64,000 nucleotides of DNA from Promethearchaeota archaeon (GTDB taxonomy: Archaea > Asgardarchaeota > Lokiarchaeia > Sigyniarchaeales > SOKP01), in contig JBHLOI010000003.1 in the NCBI GenBank assembly GCA_048940645.1, forward strand, positions 55,498 through 119,497, written 5' to 3'. Of the stretch, positions 58,834 through 64,000 are shown one piece after another. Position numbers and translations under genes: made by a program. Under the pieces are notes generated by a model that saw only the letters and a program-made list of their open reading frames with translations, was not told the origin of the DNA and ran no database searches. Every line of letters begins with the position of its first letter. Positions within the stretch are counted from its first letter, which is position 1.

Positions 58834-60339
58834 CTACTGTCTAAGATTTTTATATAATTTTTTACAATATTTGGCATATTCTACTAATGCAGCAAAACAT
58901 TTCACAGGCATATCCCATAAATCGAATATCGGCAGATTATCTTTGATAAATTCTCTAACCCATGGATTATTATATCCTTGTGGCCCTATGTATAAAATAG
59001 GTACATTTTTTTTCTTAACTAGTCGTTGAATAGGCTTTAAATAGGTCCCTTTCATCATATCATTTGAAATATTAAATTCTTCATAGGTTCTACCGCCCGA
59101 TTTCTTAATTATATCCAATACTTCTTCAAAACCAAATACGGCATAGAGTATAATTCCATCTACTTCACCTGAATTAATCATTAGTTTAGGAATTTTGATA
59201 TACAAATTATATTGATTGAATTGGAAAGTTAAATCTAATGGATTATCAATATTTGCCACATCAGGGACAAATTTTTTTAATTTTGACTTTAACTCCTCTG
59301 AGAATTCTGGAACCATCAAACCAAGTTTCTCGCTAGCTTTAGCCATCATTGCACCACAACCGCCAGAATCAGTTATTATACCTAATCTATTTCCATTAGG
59401 AAATATTCCAGTTGAAAAAGTTCTTAAATAGTACATCCAATCTTTTATTGAAATTGTAGAGATTATCCCTGTATTCTTAAATACAAATTCGAAAATTTTG
59501 TCATTTCCAGCAATTGAACCCGTATGTCCCATTATTGATCTTGTTGCCGCTTCTGTACCGCCAGCATAAATCGCTATAATGGGTTTTTCAGGTACAACTT
59601 TTTTAGCAAGCTCAATGAATTCCTTTCCTCTCTTAATTTCTTCAATATAGATCCCGATTACACTAGTTTGAGGATCCTCTCGAAAGTATTCTAGAAAATC
59701 GACTATATCGATGTTATCCTCATTTCCAATTGAAATTGATTTCCCAATTTTAACACCCATTTCCCGACATATCCAAAAAATATGTGATGCAACTGTTCCT
59801 GATTGACCTATTATTGAAATATTACCTCTTTCTGGTGTAGCATAAATCCACATTGTATTGAAGCAAGTATCTTCTAATTCTGGAAATCTGTACCAAGCAT
59901 TATACACACCAAGGCAATTGGGACCAATAAATCTAATATTATAGTTATTAGCAATCTCATTTATCTGTTTATTTAATTTATTATTTCCAATTTCTCGAAA
60001 TCCTCCAGATGTTATTATTACACGCTTAATTCCTTTCATTCCACATTCTTCAAGGACTTTAGGTACAATATTTGGACGTAGAATAATAAATGCTAATTCT
60101 GGTACTTCCGGTAACTCCAAAACACTTTTATAAGCTTTCAATCCTTGGATTTCATTAAGTTTTGGATGTATAGGGAAAATTTTATTTCTTGGAAATCCAC
60201 CAAAGATTATGTTTCTAAGTTGCATTGCACCCATTGTAGAAAGAAATTCATTATTAGCCCCAAATACACAAATTCTTTTTGGATTTAAAAAAGAATATAA
60301 AAAATGGTTTTTAGTTGGATTTTCTTTAATTTCAATCAA
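58834..60339 (-). CDS. ADP-forming acyl-CoA synthetase alpha subunit
   Basis: GGFRE, GPNCLG, QSG, GHTGSIAG, DSGG, NPLD. Confidence 0.92.
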   Translation of the reverse strand: MIEIKENPTKNHFLYSFLNPKRICVFGANNEFLSTMGAMQLRNIIFGGFPRNKIFPIHPKLNEIQGLKAYKSVLELPEVPELAFIILRPNIVPKVLEECGMKGIKRVIITSGGFREIGNNKLNKQINEIANNYNIRFIGPNCLGVYNAWYRFPELEDTCFNTMWIYATPERGNISIIGQSGTVASHIFWICREMGVKIGKSISIGNEDNIDIVDFLEYFREDPQTSVIGIYIEEIKRGKEFIELAKKVVPEKPIIAIYAGGTEAATRSIMGHTGSIAGNDKIFEFVFKNTGIISTISIKDWMYYLRTFSTGIFPNGNRLGIITDSGGCGAMMAKASEKLGLMVPEFSEELKSKLKKFVPDVANIDNPLDLTFQFNQYNLYIKIPKLMINSGEVDGIILYAVFGFEEVLDIIKKSGGRTYEEFNISNDMMKGTYLKPIQRLVKKKNVPILYIGPQGYNNPWVREFIKDNLPIFDLWDMPVKCFAALVEYAKYCKKLYKNLRQ

Positions 60340-60431
60340 TTTTAAAATATTTTGAAAGATTGAGCTATTGAGATGAAAAATTAATAGAATAATTTGAATA
60401 TTTTTCTAAGAAGACTTAATTATAAATTAAT

Positions 60432-61946
60432 TTATATTCTTGAGTTTTTTCGATATTCAGAATATTGCGTAAGAATTGCTAAACATTTGGTAGGATGATC
60501 CCACAACTCAAAAATAGGAACATCATAAGAGATAAATTTTTGAAACCATGAATATTTATAAGGAAAAGGTCCTGCGTAAAAAACAGGGACAGAGTATTTC
60601 TTCATTAAACGTTTTATTGGTTTTAATACGGCACTATCAATTATGAATTTTATAGCCTTTGTTTTTTCATCAAATTTCATACCAGATTTTTCCATTGTTC
60701 CTATTACATCATCAAAATCAAAAACTCCATAAACAATTATACTATCTATTTCTCCAGATTTCATCAGGATTTTTGGAAATTTATAAAATAAATTTATAAA
60801 ATTTATATCAAAAGTCACATCTATTGGATTATTAGCACTTGCGGTGGGAGGTATTAATTCTGAGATTTCTTCCTTAAGACTATTTGAGAATTCAGGCACA
60901 TTTAATCCATATACTTCTGCCATTTTGGCCATCATACTCCCGCTTCCTCCTGAATCAGTGACAATTGCTACTCTTTTACCCTTTGGAAACACATTATAAC
61001 TCTTAGCAAAAGAGAGAGTTCTTAAGTAATAAAGAAAATCCATTATTAGATCAGTTGAAATTATTCCAGTTTCTTTAAAAACTGAATTATATATTTTTTG
61101 GCTCCCTCCGATTGATCCTGTATGACTCATTATAGATCTTATCGCCGCTTCAGTACCTCCAGCGTATATTGCGACTATTGGCTTATTTGGAGTAATACTT
61201 TTAGCTAATTGAATGAATTCTTTTCCTCTTTTTACTTCTTCGATATATATACCTATTACATCCGTTTGTAGATCGTTTTTCAAATATTCTAAGCAATCCA
61301 CCATATCAATATTTCTTTCATTTCCAACTGAGATTGATTTACTAATTTTAACACCCATTTCTTTAGCATGCCAAAAAATTTGGGCAGCAATTGTACCAGA
61401 TTGGCTTACTATTGAAATATTTCCTCTTTGAGGAATGGCATAGGGCCAAAATGTATTAAAATATGCATTTTCTTTTTCAGGATATCCATACCAACCATTA
61501 TAAACGCCTAGACAATTAGGACCGAGAAAGCTTATATCGTATTTTTTAGCAATCTCTTCTATTTTCTCCGATAGTTCGATTCCATTGATGCCACTTTCTC
61601 TAAAGCCACCTGAAGTTATAAGAAGATTTTTAATGCCTTTTTTTCCACATTCTTCCATGACTTCAGGTACTACATTGGTTGGTAATATTAAGAAAGCCAT
61701 ATCTGGAACAATAGGTAAATCCAATACTGATTTATATGCTTTATATCCTTGAACTTGTTCTAATCGAGGATGTATAGGATATATATTATTATCCAGCCCT
61801 CCTCCAAAACGTATATTTCGAAGCTGCATAGAACCCATTGTAGTTAATAAGTTATTATTTGCTCCAAATATAGCAATTGACCTAGGATTCAATATATTAT
61901 ACAAAAAGTGACCTTTATTTGGTGTCTTTTTGCTATTTTTCGACAA
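60432..61946 (-). CDS. ADP-forming acyl-CoA synthetase alpha subunit (tandem paralogue)
   Basis: GGFRE, GPNCLG, SQSG, SHTGSIGG, DSGG, NPID. Confidence 0.92.
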   Translation of the reverse strand: MSKNSKKTPNKGHFLYNILNPRSIAIFGANNNLLTTMGSMQLRNIRFGGGLDNNIYPIHPRLEQVQGYKAYKSVLDLPIVPDMAFLILPTNVVPEVMEECGKKGIKNLLITSGGFRESGINGIELSEKIEEIAKKYDISFLGPNCLGVYNGWYGYPEKENAYFNTFWPYAIPQRGNISIVSQSGTIAAQIFWHAKEMGVKISKSISVGNERNIDMVDCLEYLKNDLQTDVIGIYIEEVKRGKEFIQLAKSITPNKPIVAIYAGGTEAAIRSIMSHTGSIGGSQKIYNSVFKETGIISTDLIMDFLYYLRTLSFAKSYNVFPKGKRVAIVTDSGGSGSMMAKMAEVYGLNVPEFSNSLKEEISELIPPTASANNPIDVTFDINFINLFYKFPKILMKSGEIDSIIVYGVFDFDDVIGTMEKSGMKFDEKTKAIKFIIDSAVLKPIKRLMKKYSVPVFYAGPFPYKYSWFQKFISYDVPIFELWDHPTKCLAILTQYSEYRKNSRI

Positions 61947-62234
61947 ATATCAGACCTAAATAGATAAATATAAAAATCTATGGAAAGTAATAATAAAGCA
62001 AATAAAGTAAAAAATTTGAATTTTTGCAAAATAGAATTAATCAGCAAAACTCAATAAAATTATTTTTCCAGTTTTAAAAAATTTTACCAATTTTATCATC
62101 TTAAGCGTCCTTTTATTCCAATTTGGATTTTGGGTTATTAAATCCCAACCCAAGTGCCAATCTAGAACTTTTATCTTATTTGACCATTTAGGAAAAACTT
62201 TATTTTTTTAGAGTTCATCTTTTTTTCCCTATTA

Positions 62235-62747
62235 TTATGATTTGCCAGTGGAACCAAATCCTCCTAATCCACGTTGTGAGTCTGGTAATTTATCTACATC
62301 AGTAATTTCGTACTCATGCATTTTTCCCAAAATTATTTGACAAATCCTATCTCCTTTTTTCAAAATAACATCCTTATTTGATAAGTTAACAACTATTGCC
62401 ATCCACTCATTTCTATAGCCAGAATCTATTGTTCCAGGACTATTAACAATAGAAATCCCTTCCCATAATGCTAATCCACTTCGTGGAACAACTTTAAAGT
62501 AGTATCCTTCTGGAATAGCAGTTGCGAAGCCTAATGGACATGCTATCCTTTCTAATGGTTTTAAAATATAAGAATCGGTCTCAATATCGAGTAATTCTTT
62601 TTTCTCACCATTTTTAATTATTTTTTTAAAACCGAAAATACGTGCATCCGCACCAGCATCTCCAGGTTTCGATGGTTTTGGTAGAATTACTCCCTCTCTT
62701 AATTTTTGAACTGGAATAGATATTTTTTCTTTATCTTTTTGCTTCAT
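62235..62747 (-). CDS. dut: Trimeric dUTPase
   Basis: DAGAD, PRSGLA, NSPGTIDSGYR, GDRICQ, RGLGGFGSTG. Confidence 0.97.
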   Translation of the reverse strand: MKQKDKEKISIPVQKLREGVILPKPSKPGDAGADARIFGFKKIIKNGEKKELLDIETDSYILKPLERIACPLGFATAIPEGYYFKVVPRSGLALWEGISIVNSPGTIDSGYRNEWMAIVVNLSNKDVILKKGDRICQIILGKMHEYEITDVDKLPDSQRGLGGFGSTGKS

Positions 62748-62877
62748 AATTTATTAGATTATAATAGTTTAACCTATAAAAAAGAATTTTTATTAAAGAA
62801 AAATTATCTTATAAAACCATTATTCATTAAACGAATTATATAATATTAGGAAATATTTATTATTTAAGTGAAACTTT

Positions 62878-63333
62878 ATGATTGTTATCGACAGATATGA
62901 CCCCCGATTAGATAAAGATGAACTTAAGGAAATTTTTGAAGATTTTATTGAAAATAAATCATATTTCTATTCACATTGGCAAAAATTTGAGAACGAGTTA
63001 AATAGAAGAGCTCTCGATCTTCAATACAGAAATTCAATGATTATTGCTAAAGAAGATGGTAAGATTGTTGGTTGGGGTACATATACTTCTTTTATAGATT
63101 ATTTAGGGAATGAAAGGGCAATAATTCACCAAATTTTAACTAGAAAAGAAGATTCCAAAAAAAAAGGTATAGAAGAAATGATTATTCGTGAACTTCAATT
63201 ATATATTAAGAAAACCCTAAAACATGATAAAGTATTTATTTTTTGTCCTGATTCTGATGGAGCTTTAAGAAGTGTTCTCTTAAAGATAGGAGCAAAAAAA
63301 TCTGAGCATATTTGGTATGAAAATAAAATCTAA
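62878..63333 (+). CDS. GNAT-fold protein
   Basis: IIAKEDGKIVGW, KKKGIEEMII, LLKIGAK. Confidence 0.7.
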   Translation: MIVIDRYDPRLDKDELKEIFEDFIENKSYFYSHWQKFENELNRRALDLQYRNSMIIAKEDGKIVGWGTYTSFIDYLGNERAIIHQILTRKEDSKKKGIEEMIIRELQLYIKKTLKHDKVFIFCPDSDGALRSVLLKIGAKKSEHIWYENKI

Positions 63334-63364
63334 AAAAGTTTGCATATTCTTCTTTTAATTACTC

Positions 63365-63469
63365 TCATTTTTTAATTAGACGGTTATGAATAATACAACA
63401 GATAATTATGATTGTCAAAATTATAAGGCCACCTATTATATATCCGCCATAAGCTTCGAGGATTTGCAT
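63365..63469 (-). CDS. 34-aa single-TM microprotein, not in the ORF track
   Basis: ATG...TGA, MQILEAYGGYIIGGLIILTIIIICCIIHNRLIKK. Confidence 0.55.
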   Translation of the reverse strand: MQILEAYGGYIIGGLIILTIIIICCIIHNRLIKK

Positions 63470-63714
63470 AATTGTTTATAAGAAATTCCATTTAATGATT
63501 AATTTTTAAAGAATCTGTATATTTAAAATTATATTCTTAAAAAAGTACAAGTCAAGAAAACTCGTAAATTGATAAATAAAGAGAAAAAAAAATTTTAGAT
63601 ATAATTTAGTCTTATGCAACTTTTTTCTATGTATAAAAGGGTTTTTTAGACATTTACTTTTTGATCTTCTAGATTAGGTTGCATATTTTTGCTAGGACAT
63701 CGAATCGGTTAAGC

Positions 63715-63927
63715 TTATCTTTCGATTTGGAAATTGACTTGTACACGGACGCGATAAATCAATTTATCTTGATCTTCTTTTACCTTTACATCACTTTCTA
63801 TAATCTGGATATTCCGTATACCCCGTAAAGATTTCTTTGCCTCATCGTAACAATTTTTAACTGCATCAGCCCAATTCTTATCGCTAGTTCCAACAAGTTG
63901 TATACTTTTATAAACGGGCATTCTCAT
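63715..63927 (-). CDS. Dodecin-family flavin/nucleotide-binding protein
   Basis: VYKSIQLVGTS..W.DAV, KSLRGI, YRVRVQVNF; AGGTGA SD upstream. Confidence 0.92.
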   Translation of the reverse strand: MRMPVYKSIQLVGTSDKNWADAVKNCYDEAKKSLRGIRNIQIIESDVKVKEDQDKLIYRVRVQVNFQIER

Positions 63928-64000
63928 TTCACCTTTCTAATTAAAGTAATTTTCATTGATTTCTTGTGTAAGTCATAATGTAATAGTTTTATATTTAAAC

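Noticed and set aside
45-61431. Many 60-130-aa antisense or overlapping ORFs in the track (e.g. 45-389, 16789-17178, 20293-20589, 31833-32111, 35148-35513, 37516-37746, 54794-55102)
   Set aside because: They shadow well-supported genes on the opposite strand or in another frame and show no motifs.
62128-62155. TTGGGTT...AACCCAA hairpin downstream of dut
   Set aside because: Short stem, could occur by chance; no further support.
1-64000. tRNA, rRNA, transposase, integrase or prophage genes; in-frame Sec (TGA) readthrough
   Set aside because: No cloverleaf or rRNA-length GC-rich tract and no mobile-element motifs seen. HdrB, HdrC and the redoxin have ordinary Cys motifs and complete ORFs.

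Overview
Very AT-rich, densely coding 64-kb window that reads as an Asgard archaeon, most likely Lokiarchaeia. This is inferred from an MglA-type small GTPase, a longin/DENN-like protein, a tandem roadblock protein, three MPN/JAMM proteins, PAC2, AfpA, HdrBC, SmsCB and frequent TTG starts. I found no rRNA, tRNA, CRISPR array or transposase. Housekeeping and metabolic content: a probable homocysteine-synthesis CBS/NIL-ferredoxin pair, HdrBC, a copper locus (CopA, TRASH regulator, palindromic operator), IscS/IscU plus SufC/SufB(D), MobA, GatC, dUTPase, dodecin, two acyl-CoA synthetase alpha paralogues and a PAS histidine kinase. The best candidate for an undescribed system is a cluster of three MPN + long-helical-tail proteins (21180-26157). 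It includes an adjacent paralogous pair in which one has an intact JAMM motif (HSH) and the other has lost a zinc ligand (HSR), recalling eukaryotic MPN+/MPN- dimers (Rpn11/Rpn8, CSN5/CSN6, BRCC36/Abraxas). Other highlights: a SIR2-NADase-like domain fused to about 25 TPRs; a GTPase next to an NPRL2-like longin/winged-helix protein; two genes that appear to start at ATT; an unannotated 47-aa hyperacidic Trp-repeat peptide with a strong SD; further micro-ORFs; and a GC-rich intergenic hairpin carrying 16S-3'-end-related 9-mers. All family calls come from motif recognition by eye; no database searches were run.
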